The position numbers and the translations under genes were made by a program. Below are positions 11,361 to 24,260 of a DNA stretch of 64,000 bases, in pieces. This DNA is from Lama glama (Eukaryota), in NCBI GenBank assembly GCA_028534125.1, contig CM052816.1, positions 76,138,001 to 76,202,000 of the forward strand, read 5' to 3'. Position 1 is the first letter of the stretch. Each line of letters opens with the position of its first letter. The notes beneath the pieces were generated by a model, which was given only the letters and a program-made list of their open reading frames with translations, was not told the DNA's origin and did no database searches.

Positions 11361-14300
11361 CCTTGATATAATAAGTCATCCTGGTGAAATTAATAATCAA
11401 GATCTCTTCTACATCATTTCTTGGCTCTATAGGCCTCTTCCTCTTTGATATTGCTCTTAAGCTTTTACTCCCTTCATGAGGTTCTTTGGGGTTTGTATTC
11501 ACTACCCATTCCCACTGCCTCTGCTCCTAGAGATGAGGTGATGCAGTAGCAGAAGATCTATTTGGTTCCCAAGACCAAGGTCACAGAGATTCACAACTTT
11601 AAAGCCAGATTTCCTAACCTGAGTCCTGGTTCTTTATATCAAGCTGATACACACGCGTGCACCCACACACACATATAAAATATGAAATATACATATGTAT
11701 TAACAGCTAACGGGTCTTCCAGATTTTTTACTAGGTTATTTGTATCAGAATGGATCCTGGAATCTAAGTACTGTCATAAATGTTCCTGGAAACTGATAAC
11801 ACTAAACCCCCCATACCTGGAAGTACCTGGAAGTACAGGAAGTGCAGTTTACTCATTCTATTCTGGTGTCCTTAGAAAGAGAAGAGAAACTGGAGAGAAG
11901 TGAGCCTCTTGGGATGGGAAGGAAATTTTAGTTGCTCAGCTACATGACTCAGAAATAAAGTTAAGCTTTCCAAGTACACCTGTGACTTAACGGTGAGCAT
12001 GATACAGGGACTCAGGGGAGAGAAAAGGAAACGGAAAATTAAATCTCTGGTCAAAGACTTAGTGAAATGTAATTTTCAAAAGGAAGTTGTAAAATGCATG
12101 TAGGATCTCAAATTAAAAATTCAAAGAAATCAAAATTACCCAAATGACGTGGCTTGGATATGAATGGGAATGTGAGGGTGATATGCCCCCTATTTACTGA
12201 ATAGGATGTATATTGAGTGAATAATGTGGTTTTATGCCTGATTGAGGGGCACTCCTTATAAAGATTTCAGGGAAATGACTATGCTGTGAATTACTGGGCA
12301 TGTGCTTGCACTGTGTTCTCTTGGCAGCTTGAAACCACACTGAGCTGGTGAGATGTGAGTAACCCTACTAGGTAGCTGATAATCAGAAGACCTCATGAAA
12401 CAGAAGCAATGGCAAACTGAGGTTGTTTCCAAGTCAGTGGTCCATAAATGGGATAGGATGCTCCCACTACAGTATGGAAAATGCTCCATTAGGCACATAT
12501 ATTAAAACCTCAACCAAGATGGCTGGTAACTGCAGTGAATTGTTAATCTGTATTTTGTGGTCAGCTGTGGCTAACGTGGAAAACCCCTTTTTGCTTCAAA
12601 ACCGTTATTCAAAGTGTTTCCGAAATGCGCTAAATCACTCTTCTAACTTTGAAGCCTGGGGATTTAACTCAGAACACTACCATGCAGAAACTTGAGAGGC
12701 TGGACTGAATATGTTCTAGTCCCCAGATTTATACTGAGCACTGCTTTCTTTATGAATCTCTTAATATAGTCTGTTTTTCTCGCTTTCTCACACCCTCCTT
12801 ATAGAAAGTAGAATACTAAAAATTCTGCTGATAGTTGAAGGATCCAGCAGTTTAGGTTTGGTTAATTGCGATTTTAGTATCTCAATGTATATTTCGAGAT
12901 GCTTGCAGTTATTTCATAGATCTGACTTGTAGGGTTGCTTTATAAACTTTTATTATTTTATTTCATTTTTTTAACTCTCTGGTTTGCAGTTACTGTAAAA
13001 CCTTCACCAGTTTTAGGCTCATAACTTGGCTATACTCTCCTTGACTCACCAACCAGGTTTACAACTGGTGATTAAATGAGAGTTAAAATTAGTATGTTTT
13101 TACACATGTGATTACACTTAAAAATAATGTTATGATGTTTTATTAAAATACCCAAGCGTAAACATAAAGGAGGCTATACTTAAATAGGGTAAATTGAGTA
13201 CAAGATCTAGAGAAGTGCTACCGTTGATAACTTACTTGAGGTCAACTTTTTAAAATGTTACTTGGTCTAACCCCTTTTCTCCTCAAACTTAAGCAGAAAC
13301 AGCATATCCTCACATACTTCCTGGAAGTGAAAGTAGAGAAGAAGAAATATTTAATTCAAATACGAAACATGTTTGCTTGTCTTTTTGGCTTCTGAACCTC
13401 TAATAATTCAGTGATTAAATATTCATGAATTCACCTTACTTTCCTATTGAATATTTAATATGCAACAGAGAGTATAACTGGAATGCCCAGAAATGTCCTG
13501 CTCAGATGGTGCTTGTTTTGCAAAAAAATGAAAAAACAAACAAACAAAAAAAACCCCCAAAAACTGGCTTCAAGTGATTTTAAGCTCTTCCTACCTGATA
13601 ATTTCTGTCCTGGGTTCTATTTTCACAAGATCAGTTCTGTGCTAGTTGTGGCTAATCAAAAACAAAAACAAAAACAAAACTGGGAAACATCTAAGCTAGA
13701 GTATTCATAGAGGCTGATGTTACTTAAGTTTTACCGCATCTGGGATGATTCATTTTAGCAACAGACTTTTTTGGGCAACTCAAAAGTAGTGATATTGAAT
13801 TAAGGAATCAAAAGCTAGGCTGGGACAGAGGACAAGTCTGAGGGCAGTGGATCCTTGCAGTGTCCACTATTCCATATCTTTGTATGTTATTGACTTTTCC
13901 AAACTTGCCCTGTGGCCATTTCCTTGGGGAAACTGTTAGAGAAAAATGTATACCACCAAAGTACATCTCTTCCCATATGATCGCAAAATCAATCTGTACA
14001 CTGAAGGAGGATAAGATAAGAGGTTGACCTTCTGAAGTCTCAGATCTCTTTGTTTAGGAGTCACAAATAAAGGCAGACTTTGGTGGGTAGAGGGGGCTCA
14101 TATGAGACCAAAGTAAAGGAGTTCAGAAAAGTTTACTGGGGCTGAAGCACTTGACTCCAGGAATGCCTCCTCTCAAAGGAGAAAATGGAGGTCAGAGTAC
14201 TATAAAAAGAAAGAGGAATAAAGAGGCTTTTTGGAGGTTTTCCCAAGTAAGAACCAAAGCCAGTTTATGCCACCCTTTGCAATTTCAACAGCACCTTCAA

Positions 14301-14654
14301 AATGTGATTCACCACAAGATAATAACATTTCTGGCACCCATGCTCCCATGTGACACCTGAGGCACAGGAGTTCCTGGGAGAAAGAATTTCCCTGGGAAGT
14401 GGTTAACCAGAGCAACAGGGTAAGTTCTGCAAGGGGCTTAAGGAATACCTGGCTGACTCTGCCCTTCCTCTTCACTTGGTTAACTCCCATTTGTCCTTCA
14501 GGTCTCTGTGTCCTCTGAGGCCATTCTTGACACTCAGCACTTGGGGGAATAGATGCTTGGTTCAGGTGCTCCTAGGGCATCCTGGGCTTACATCTACTCT
14601 AGTACCTTTCACTCTGTGTGTCATTCTGCTTGTCTCCACCAGTTGGCTCTGTGC

Positions 14655-14750
14655 TCCTTGATGATAGGGGATTTGTTCTTTACCATGTCTCCAGCAAAGA
14701 TCACAATGCCAGCCACATAGTAGATGCTTCATAACTGCTTGTTAACAACA
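14655..14750 (+). mobile_element. L2 3' end relic
   Basis: cacaatgccagccacatagtagatgcttcataactgcttgtt resembles the L2 terminus. Confidence 0.55.
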
Positions 14751-15208
14751 AATTATTCAAGCCATATGGGATCATTCTACCCATGATGGCACACAGACTT
14801 TATATCACATGCCCACTCTGATTGGTAGTGGCTGCCCAAAGGGATGGGTTGAGAAAGACTTTGAGGCTGCAGCAGAGCTTAGTGGTAAATAGAACCTGCA
14901 TCAGATAGTGATGTTTGAGATGTTGTCATGCTCTAAAACCAGTCTTTGATTTTGTTTATACTGAACAGAGTGGTGTCTTGAAAAAACGCTAGTCTTGTAT
15001 CCCATGGTGTAATTGTTTACAGTGAACATAATGCCTAAAGTGAAAGTGACATTCAGAAAACTGAAAAACAAAACAACAAAAAGCAACAACAATGACAACA
15101 ACAACAAATAATACTAAAATTCAAAGAGGACAGGGAAACTTGTTGGCTTGGTGGCAGCCAAGTTATATATGATCATTCTTTCAACTTCTGACTAAAGACG
15201 TGTGAAGT

Positions 15209-15249
15209 CATGTGCACACGTGTGTGTGTACACACACACACACACACAC
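15209..15249. repeat. Alternating purine-pyrimidine (TG)n/(CA)n microsatellite
   Basis: Directly visible. Confidence 0.95.
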
Positions 15250-15738
15250 CACGCAAACCAAAGCTGACAGCAATATTGAAAACTACAGAGAAGACCATGG
15301 GCCCAACTCATAGGTATTAAGGGATTACAGCTTTGATGGGTTTGATAAAGTAAACAAATCAGAAAAAAATATATATATATATAGACCTGAAAGATAGTAT
15401 AAAATAGCTTTTGCTCAAGTCCAGTCTGTTACTCCTGATGGAAACTTAGGCAGCTGACTTCTGAGCTGCCCAGAGTCCTGCTCTGTTCTCCCCTCCCATC
15501 CTGACCACATGAGCTCTTCTCTTTTAATACCTTTTTGGAGACTTTACATCTGAGTAAGTAACATGGTAGAGAGGAAAGGGTGTAATGAACATCCAGGGGG
15601 ACAGGAAGTTCCTGGAAAGCAGGCATGTGGGGATGTAATATTTTCTAGATGTACACAAAGTACCCTACTTGCTAACTTTCTTGCATAGTGGCAGACTTGA
15701 CAGATCAGAAGATTCCGTTCCATGCTAACATGGACATA

Positions 15739-16155
15739 TGTGGAGAGACTGTTAAATGGTCATTAACCTTATTTCCTTTTCCTCCTAAGCAGAGAGCTAG
15801 ACTGCATTTTGTTAACCACCTACAGTTAGGTTCAGGATATGACTACTTTCTAGCCAGTGGAAAGTGAGCAAAGTAATATAAGCCACCTTAAGGCCTAAAC
15901 ACAGAACCTTCTGTACTGTCTTCTCTCCTTTCTCTGTTCTCTTGTTTGCTAGCCAAATACAGAAGATTCAGTGAAGGATTCAAAGACCCTAGGAAATTAA
16001 AGAACCACCAGATGGAAGGAGCCTGGAGTGCCTTTAGACTGTGCAGCAGAGACCTTTTCCAGAACTGTGATATGAGGGAGAAATAAACCTTTATTTTGTT
16101 AAGTCAGTGAGAACTGGGGATTCATTACAGCAGGTTGCCTTCTGTGCTTAGTACA
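15739..16155 (+). mobile_element. MaLR solo LTR, MLT1I/J-like
   Basis: tgtggagagactg start; ttctagccagtggaaagtgagc; gagaaataaacctttattttgttaagtcagtgaga; ends tagtaca. Confidence 0.8.
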
Positions 16156-16274
16156 CCATATCAGATAATTTCTGTTAGCCGTTAGAGATTAGCAAAGATA
16201 AAGGAGTGTTAAGGATCTCTGTACGGATACTGTATGTTGAGAAGTGTTAAATCTGGTGTCTGGTTATCTACTGT

Positions 16275-16750
16275 GGTACCTAGTTCATCTATGATAGATT
16301 ACTCCAAATATTAGTGGTTTACAACAACAACCATATTTATTATATCATGATGCCGTGTGTCAGGAACTCAGGCACTTACTAGCTAAGTGCTTCTTCATGT
16401 TGCAGAGGTAAGAGTCACTCAGTGCTATTAGCTGGTATTAGTTTGGTCTGGAGTCAAACACAGCTTAACTATTATGCCTGGTACATGGGAAGGGATGACT
16501 GGAAGGCTGGGCTCAGGTAGCAATCTGAATGGCTGGGGCCTGGAGCATCTCGGAACTGGTGGCATTTCTCTCTTTCAGCATGGCCTCTCCACGTGGCTAA
16601 CTTGAGCTTTCTCACAGCATGTCAACCTCAGTAGAGTCTCGTTTCTTACATGGTGGCTCAGGACTCCAAGAGACAAAGAAGGGTGCTGCCGGTCCTCTTA
16701 AAGCCTAAGCCTAGAACTGGCATAGCATCCCTTGGTTAATGCAGTCACAT
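16275..16750 (-). mobile_element. MaLR LTR, MLT1G/H-like, partial
   Basis: ttagtggtttacaacaacaaccatatttatt, ggaaggctgggctcag, tggcctctccacgtggct, ttcttacatggtggctcaggactccaaga. Confidence 0.8.
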
Positions 16751-17939
16751 TTGTTTCTCAATAAAAATTCAAGAAAACAGTCTCTTATGAAGTTTAAGTA
16801 GAGTGTAGTAAAAGGTAGCTGACTGAAATAATTAAAGAAGACCCCTCCAAAAGAAGAAATAATTCAAAAGATCCTGAAATACAGTGGCATGTTAAATATC
16901 CACATTATTCACCCTGAATATGAAAAGTGTTAATAAGGAATATATAATTGCATCAAAGTATATAGATGAATAGGTTCTATCATTTGCTTTTAAGCCAAAC
17001 TTAACATAATTCATTGATGAGACTTTCAGGGCAAGTTATCCCTAGTTTCCAAGAATTTCAGTTCTTGAATTACCATAATATGGCTTAATACACTTAATAT
17101 CTCTTTTTTATTTACTTGTAGACTATAAAATTCTAATATATTACTAATAAGTTAAATATCTGGTCTTTTATGTCATGACACAGTGTTCTTTGTCCCTGGG
17201 AACTTTTCTGATGAGTGATGATAAAATGATTCTATCAGTCTGTTATGGAAAGGAGTGTATCTGAAAACAATAAGGTCTGAAAGCAGTCAAAACAGTCAAG
17301 GCATACTTGAAACACTTTCTTTACCCACCCGTGGGGAAAAATGACTGACCAAGTTGTCCATATGAACGCATTTCTATCCTGTAATCATTACAAGGAAGGT
17401 TAATTTAACTATGAAATAACTCCCATTATAATGAAAGTTAAGAATGAACCAACAAGACAGCTACCTAGCTGTGGATATTCACTCTATATCGGCCACGTCC
17501 CTGGCTGATTTACGTTTTCCTTTTATGTTTTCCTTTAGAGCACTTCAATTTAAACACTGACGGTGCTATTTATGTCTTAAACTCTGCTAAAAATACTTGA
17601 AGGAATGTATATTTCCATCTTGCATTTGAATACATACACTTTTGCAGTGTTTTCTAATGGTTTCTAAATGTTTTCACTTTGTTTGCCCAAGTAAATTTTT
17701 GAAAGGGAAGGATGTTATGAATTCTCAACATTTGTCATCATTCTAGGCATTCGATAACATTGCTGAATAACAGGATTTAAATAGCACTTTCTAGTTGCAA
17801 GTCTTATAAAAGATGTACTTGGAGTGTTTGACATTTTTGATTAAAGGAGGGGCTTGTGGATATCCCTGTACTTAATTTTCCACGCTATTTTTATTCTCAA
17901 AGAGGGAGTATGGTTTCCTGGTGCTTTTGTGTATCAGCT

Positions 17940-18097
17940 CTACCGTTTCCTAGAAATGCAACCCCTGTACCTCTATTGTCTCATCTTTAAAATGAAAATA
18001 ATAATAGTAACTACCTTAGTACCTAATCGGTTGTGCAGATTAGCTGAATTAATACATCTGAAGAGTTTTGAAGTGTGTCGAGCATATATAAAGTACT
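17940..18097 (+). mobile_element. MIR SINE, interrupted by MLT1D; tail resumes ~18583-18607
   Basis: MIR core ctcatctttaaaatgaaaataataatagta; tail gtgcttgataaatgttactatt after the LTR. Confidence 0.7.
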
Positions 18098-18582
18098 TAT
18101 GTTGGGCAGAATAATACCCCTCAGGCCCACAAAGGTGTCCTTGTACTGATCCTGGGAGCCTATAAGTATATTACTTTAGAAGCCAAAGGGGACTTTGCAG
18201 ATGTGATTAAATTAAGCATCTTCAGATGGAAGATTGTCCTGAGTTATCCGTGTGAGCCCAGTGTAACCACAAGGGGTCTTATTAGTGAAAGAGGGAGGCA
18301 GGAGATTCAGAACCAGAGAAGGAGATGTGACCAGGGAGCAGAGGTTAAGTGATACAGGGCCATGAGCCAATGAATGCAGGCAGTGTCTAGAAGCTGTAAA
18401 AGGCCTGGAAATAGATTTTTTTCTTAGAGCCTTCAGGAGTGCAGCCCTACTGACACCTGGATTTTAGCCCAGAGAGGCTCATTGGACTTCTGACCTCCAG
18501 AACTGTACGATAATAAATTTGTGTTGTTTTAAACCACTGAGTTTGTGGTAATCTGTTACAGCCGCAAGAGAAAACCAGTACA
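18098..18582 (+). mobile_element. MaLR solo LTR MLT1D-like
   Basis: gactttgcagatgtgattaa, ttggacttctgacctccagaactgta..ataataaatttgtgttgttttaa; 5-bp TSD gtact/gtgct (18093-18097 / 18583-18587). Confidence 0.9.
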
Positions 18583-19599
18583 GTGCTTGATAAATGTTAC
18601 TATTACTTTTCTTCACAACCACAAATAGTTGAGAAAGTTTTACCCGAGTAGGACAAATATATAAAACAAAATAAGAACCGATTACAAAGTGCATAGTTGT
18701 AACTACACTTTGCTATGAACACTGTAGCCTCTTATATCAAGGCAAAAAGATGACAGAATTGTAATAAATACTCCAGTCTTACTGTTTGACTTTTGGAAAA
18801 AAAGTATTTTCAAAAGTTTGAAAAAATAAATGAAACATACAAAATACCCTCAATTTCCACTTCTAAGCAGAAAATGGCCATTAGTGAGCTTGTGGTTATG
18901 CTGTTTGAATATTTTCCCCCTCTTGCTAAGAACCTTCTCGTTCCCACGAGAACGCAGAGGCACCCAAGTCACATGGTGTTTTTTTCCTGTAATATTTTGT
19001 CCTGCACAAACAATAGGATGCCAATTATCCAGTCTTAACATGACAAACAATAAGAAACTATGACAATTTTATTTTTGGTGAGCTGATTCTATGAAATTAG
19101 AAGTTTGGAAAGAACCGCATGCCTAAAAATCATCCTGTTTATCTTCTTTTTTTCATAGGGCTTGTCTCCATACCACCATAGGCACCCAAGAAATATTTTT
19201 CTTCTTTAAAAGGCAATGCTATAATCTTCTCCAGAAATTCTATTTTTCCTCCACTTTCCCTACCTTCCTATACTCACATAAATTATTTTTTACATGGACC
19301 AAACCCAGCCCACATGATGCAAGAGCTTAAAAATAGTCATTTCACTGCATCTTAAGACAGTTTCCTCTTTCTCATTCCTCAAAGAAGAAATAACATCAGC
19401 ATCATTTCTCCTTGTTCTGTTGTAGATACACATACTGTGCCACAAAATATCTCGTAGTTAGGGGAAATGGTAGGTAGTTGATGGAAATTTTCATTTCACT
19501 GCCTTGTGCACAAGTAAGAGGGATTTAATCCTTCCTTTAATTTTAGGTTTTTCTTCATTTGTTTTAGTCAGGAACCAGGACTCGTCTGGATAAAGTTTT

Positions 19600-20567
19600 C
19601 ACTATACGTACACATCCATATGTATACACACACTTGTGTATATGCACATGTGTATGTTCTAATAATGTTTCTGTCTATTTCCTTGAAAATGATTTAGGCT
19701 AAAAATTTGTGGCCTGGTAAGTTACCCATGAAAACTGATATTATAGCTAAAGGGCTCAGAAGCCAACTTGAATCAACTTCCATTCATTGGAGCATCAAAA
19801 TGGGTTACAAATAAAATTGGTTAAACGTATCAAATGCTTTTAAAACCATTAGTTCAGAATGATACTTCAAATATAAATGGCTGCTGTTGAAGGATGCTAC
19901 TGAACCAACTTAGTATTTTGAAAACTTATAAAGAAAAAATCATTTATTTATCCTGACTTTTCCATATGAACTATATACCTCAACATAGCCAAATAGTGGT
20001 GAGAAGAATCCTCTCTTTATAGATGTATTCCACTTAATAGTAAAAAAGAAATGACAAAATTAGAATATCACCATTTTACAACACTTAATATGTTAATGGC
20101 GGTAGGCAGTACCAACTGATGGTTGCTAACATCATCAGGCGGAAGATAATTGATCATCATATACCTCCTGATGGAAGCACATATCACCACCTATGAAATA
20201 GCCTTGCCAAAGAAACTGGACCCGCATCTCATGAAACATCCAGATCTAAGTACCAATACGCAGCAATACAGAGGATAGAGGAACATACTACATACACCTT
20301 GGGAAGACAAACAGCAAAATCCAAACTGAAGAAACTATAGGACAAAGAACCAGGTTTAATAAAGAAAATCTGTAAGGAAGAGAAGAGGAGAGAGAAAGGA
20401 AACCTGTAGATTAAAACCTGTCATTCTAAGCCTATAGTTCATGACATTTAAGAGCTACATCAAGCAATCAGTCTATGGACTTTGTTTAAATCCCATTAAC
20501 AACAAATTACTTTAAAAGACCCACAAAACAGGTATAAAACAAAGAAATATGGATACAACTAGATATT
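19600..20567 (+). mobile_element. Old L1 3' region (L1MC4/5-like), part 1
   Basis: ttgaaggatgctactgaaccaac, gaaatgacaaaattagaatatcaccatttt, acctcctgatggaagcacatatcaccacctatgaa. Confidence 0.75.
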
Positions 20568-21546
20568 AATTTTAGTTATTGCATTTTTCAGTTCTAGAAT
20601 ATATGATTATTTTTCTAAGGAAACGTAATTCCCAGTTCGCTATTAAATTTTCCACTTTGTTATATATTTTTGTGAACATATTAATCACCGCTATTTTAAA
20701 AACCTATTTCTGGTAATGCCAATATATAAAACACCTGTGAGCATTTTTTCTTTTCTTTTTAGTTTTGGTCATGTTTCTTGGCATATCGCCATTCAACATT
20801 ATGTATGAAAAGTTGCTGCCACTCTTCCTTTCAAGAGGAGACACCCTATCCTCTGGCTAAATATGAACAGACCACCCTGTATCATCCAGTTTACCTCTGT
20901 TTTACCCCTGCTAGGCTGTAGCCCTCTGGGGTTCAGACTGAGAATCTCTGAAGTCTGGTAGGACCTTAAATTCCTTTTTTTTTTTTTTTTTTTTTTTGGT
21001 CTCCTTGGCGTTGTAAGAATGCTGAAAGTGCTACTCAGCTTTCCAGCTGCATTTTACTTGGGTTCTTGGCTTCTTGTTCTGCACGTTTAAAGCTGTTGCA
21101 GTTACTTCGAGGAGAAAACCAGCAGACTGTTGGGCTCACTTTCTTGTTCTTCCTTTGCTCAAAGATCTTAGCCTCTCAAGTCCTGGTTGTCTTAGCAGGT
21201 CTGATCTCCAGCTTTTCTCTTTCCAGTCCTGTGAGATGGATGCCAGTTTCTGTTGGCTTGTCTGCCCCTTAGCAGGGACCTCTACCTTCTCTACCTAATT
21301 TCTCAGTCTCTCACTTTTGAAGTTGAAGAACTGGGATAGGCTGTAAAAGAAACAACAGCTTGAAGAATGTTGGGCTTCCCTCAGTGCTCTTCCTTCCCCT
21401 GGGGTCCTGACCTTTCAAGTTCTGCTTGCCCCAGAAGCTCCTAGATGACTTCAAGCATTAGAGATATATCCATCCATTTGTCTAGTCCTTGGTGATCTGA
21501 CTGTTCTGTTACAAGCTACTTTATTGTACTCACAAGCTGAGGTTTT
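20568..21546 (-). mobile_element. Old L1 5' UTR/ORF1-start fragment nested inside the L1MC
   Basis: Minus strand at the left end reads ttctagaactgaaaaatgcaataactaaaatt (ORF1-like LELKNAITKI); flanked by near-direct repeats actagatatt/actggatatt. Confidence 0.6.
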
Positions 21547-21866
21547 CACTGACTGGATATTGGATGGTTCTACCGAATTGTTCTTGATTAAGTCTATAAT
21601 GATATTATGATTATGTATCTTTTGAAAAGTATCCCAGTCTTTTAAAGGTAAAACATTGAAATATTTGAAATACTTATGTAATAATGTGTTGTTTCAAAAT
21701 CATGATGGGGAGAATGAGTAGATAACAGATACAGATGAAACAAGATTTGCTTTGAGTTCATAATTTTTGAAGCTGGGTAATGAGCATATGGGAATGAGTC
21801 ATAGTATTCTTTCCATTTTTGTGTATGCTTTAAATTTCCTATAATACAAAGTATAATAAATAAATA
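21547..21866 (+). mobile_element. Old L1 3' terminus (L1MC-like), part 2
   Basis: cactgactggatatt, gatgaaacaagatt, gaagctgggtaatgagcatatggg, tttgtgtatgctttaaatttcctataata. Confidence 0.8.
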
Positions 21867-23334
21867 ACATGACCTTTGTACTCTTGGCTTCCTTTCAGTA
21901 GGCATGAGTTTATCCTTTAAGGAAATAGTCTAAGTCAAGCAACCTCTGTGAAAAACCAACCACACATTGAAAAATAAAGAAATATACCTTCTTAATACAG
22001 AGGCACAACCACTAATAGACTGATTCCATTACCTGTTAGCTGAACTCAAGAGGAATTTATGACAAAAAGAATAACATGTATAATGTGTTGAAGACATGGA
22101 GGATAGTGTGCACCGGTGCGTAGGAGAGAGCGCATATCACAGGCAGCCCAGGTGGAGCTTCTGCACAGGGGTGAGCTTCAGCTCTAGTTTACTGAGGGCT
22201 CTCATAGGTCACACTGTGAGTCAGGAGAGAAGATAGCAAGGAGCATAGTTCCTGCCCTAGAATATCTTAAAATTTAGTCACAGTTAAAGATTATACTTAA
22301 CTTATAAAATTACAGTTAGAAAAATTATGGCATTGCTTTCATTTTTTATCAGTGAACTGTCTACTTTTCCTCACTTTCCTATGGATCTCAAAGATTAAAG
22401 AATATCAAGGAGGATATACAGAACTCAGTGCAAATCACACTGGATTCTCTTCCTCCAAGTCTCCACCACGTGGTACCCAGATAAACCTGGATTGAAACAA
22501 ACACCAGGGAACTCTCATGAAGGCAGAATGAGCTGGTTGAGATACGACTTTCCTCATTGGTTGCTTTCTTCAGTTTCTGCTCCTCCACCTAATATTAGTG
22601 ACTGGCATGACATCCCTGAAGGGTTCTGCTGGGGAAATTGTCCTGGTTTACTGTATTCTAGGAGGGATGGACCTGCCATCTTCCCATCTCACTTGGAAAC
22701 TCAGGATTTGGGCAGAAATGTTTTGAAGTTGTATGGATTCTTTTGGCCAGGTAGAAAGTTTTCAAGTCTGGGAGACTATTGAGGCTGTGTACAGGTTACT
22801 GTTGTTTAGTTGCCTCTGTTTTATTTTTTTATTTTATTTAATTTTATTATTTTTGTATAAAGGTGGTATAAGAAAACCACCTTGAAGTACACAACAGATT
22901 ATAGAGTAAGTGCAAAGCCAGCTATTTTCATAGTCACGTTTCAAATGGAGATTATCCTAATTCAAAACTGAATTGGGTGTAAGTGGATTTAGCTGGTATT
23001 CTAAAACTTCAAAATGAAAAGTTGCATGAGCTAATTAAAAATACATTATGAGTTATTATTTGAATTTCTCAAGGCATCTCTACTTCCAGTAAGAGGCAAC
23101 AGATAACTGTACCAAAATCTGAGTTTCTATCTTCCCCTATATGCATATATTTTATATATATATGTATATATATACACACACACATACATATGTAGGTATA
23201 ATACATAGTAGTTTGAATATTCTTTTACAGTCTCATGAACAAATGCACAAAAGAATCATGCATGCAAAAGGTCCACTGACTGCTAAAACAGGATGTATAT
23301 TTAGTAATTCTTACGAACTGAAAGTATCCCAAAG

Positions 23335-23490
23335 GCAGCAATCTTCAGTACTCAGATGTCAGAGGCCCTGGGTTCTACTGTAAACTCTACCACTAATAAG
23401 TGGTATGATTTTTCATATCTGCAAAATAAGATAGTTAGATTAAATCTCTTCTAAAGTTTTATTTTAGCTTAAAATTCTGTTCTGTGATTT
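23335..23490 (+). mobile_element. MIR3/MIRc-like SINE relic
   Basis: cctgggttcta..ctctaccactaa..catatctgcaaaataag..ttagcttaaaattctgttctgtgatt. Confidence 0.6.
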
Positions 23491-23637
23491 TATAGTGTAT
23501 CATCAATGATTTTAACCTGTATGTTTAAACTGTATGTTTCTTTATAAGTATAAAACAGTCCTCCAGAATGGTGTAGATTTTGGCAGAAGAATTAAGATAA
23601 ATTGAACTCTAACACCAGTTATTGTTAGTGTTCAGCA

Positions 23638-23938
23638 GTAATAATAACAAATGAAAACTATCTGATTTTTACTGTATGATTACCATACACCAGACACTGA
23701 ACTACATGTTTTATATGCTAATTTTACTTACATCTCTATAGGATGGATCCTATTCTTATTATTCTATTATTGTTCTTATTTTACTGATATTTTTATCTGA
23801 GAAATTTTTTTTTAACTGAGAAAAGAGAGGACATGTAAATTATCTATAGTCACTCAGCCAGTGTGTGGTAGAGCTGGGATTCGAACCAGGGTTGATTTTC
23901 TCCAGATTCTGTGCTCATTAGCCACAATCCTTCACTGC
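23638..23938 (-). mobile_element. MIR SINE
   Basis: gtcactcagccagtgtgtggtagagctgggattcgaacc..gtgctcattagccac is the reversed MIR tRNA-derived head. Confidence 0.75.
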
Positions 23939-24039
23939 ACCCTATAGTATTTTGCTATCTGTGGCCTTTTATTATTTTTTTTATGTGTGTTGTGTATCTT
24001 TAACCTATAGTTCTACCTAAAATATCTAATAAAAGAATA

Positions 24040-24260
24040 TTTTATATTTTCAATGTATCCTAAGATTTACAAAATGTTGTTGTACTCTGTATCTCATCAT
24101 ATAGTCAAAGCAGTCCTGGAATATTCTTGTCACAATTTTTTATATGATAAAATAAAGACACAGAAATTTGGTGTTTGCCAAGTTTTTACGGATAGATTTT
24201 AGAGCTGAGTTTTCAACTTTAGAATTTGATCTGCTCATAGCTTTTTCTGTTGTACTGCTT
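24040..24260 (-). mobile_element. MIR relic, highly diverged
   Basis: tttacaaaatg..atctcat..attttttatatgataaaataaagacacagaa..gccaag..agagctgag. Confidence 0.45.
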
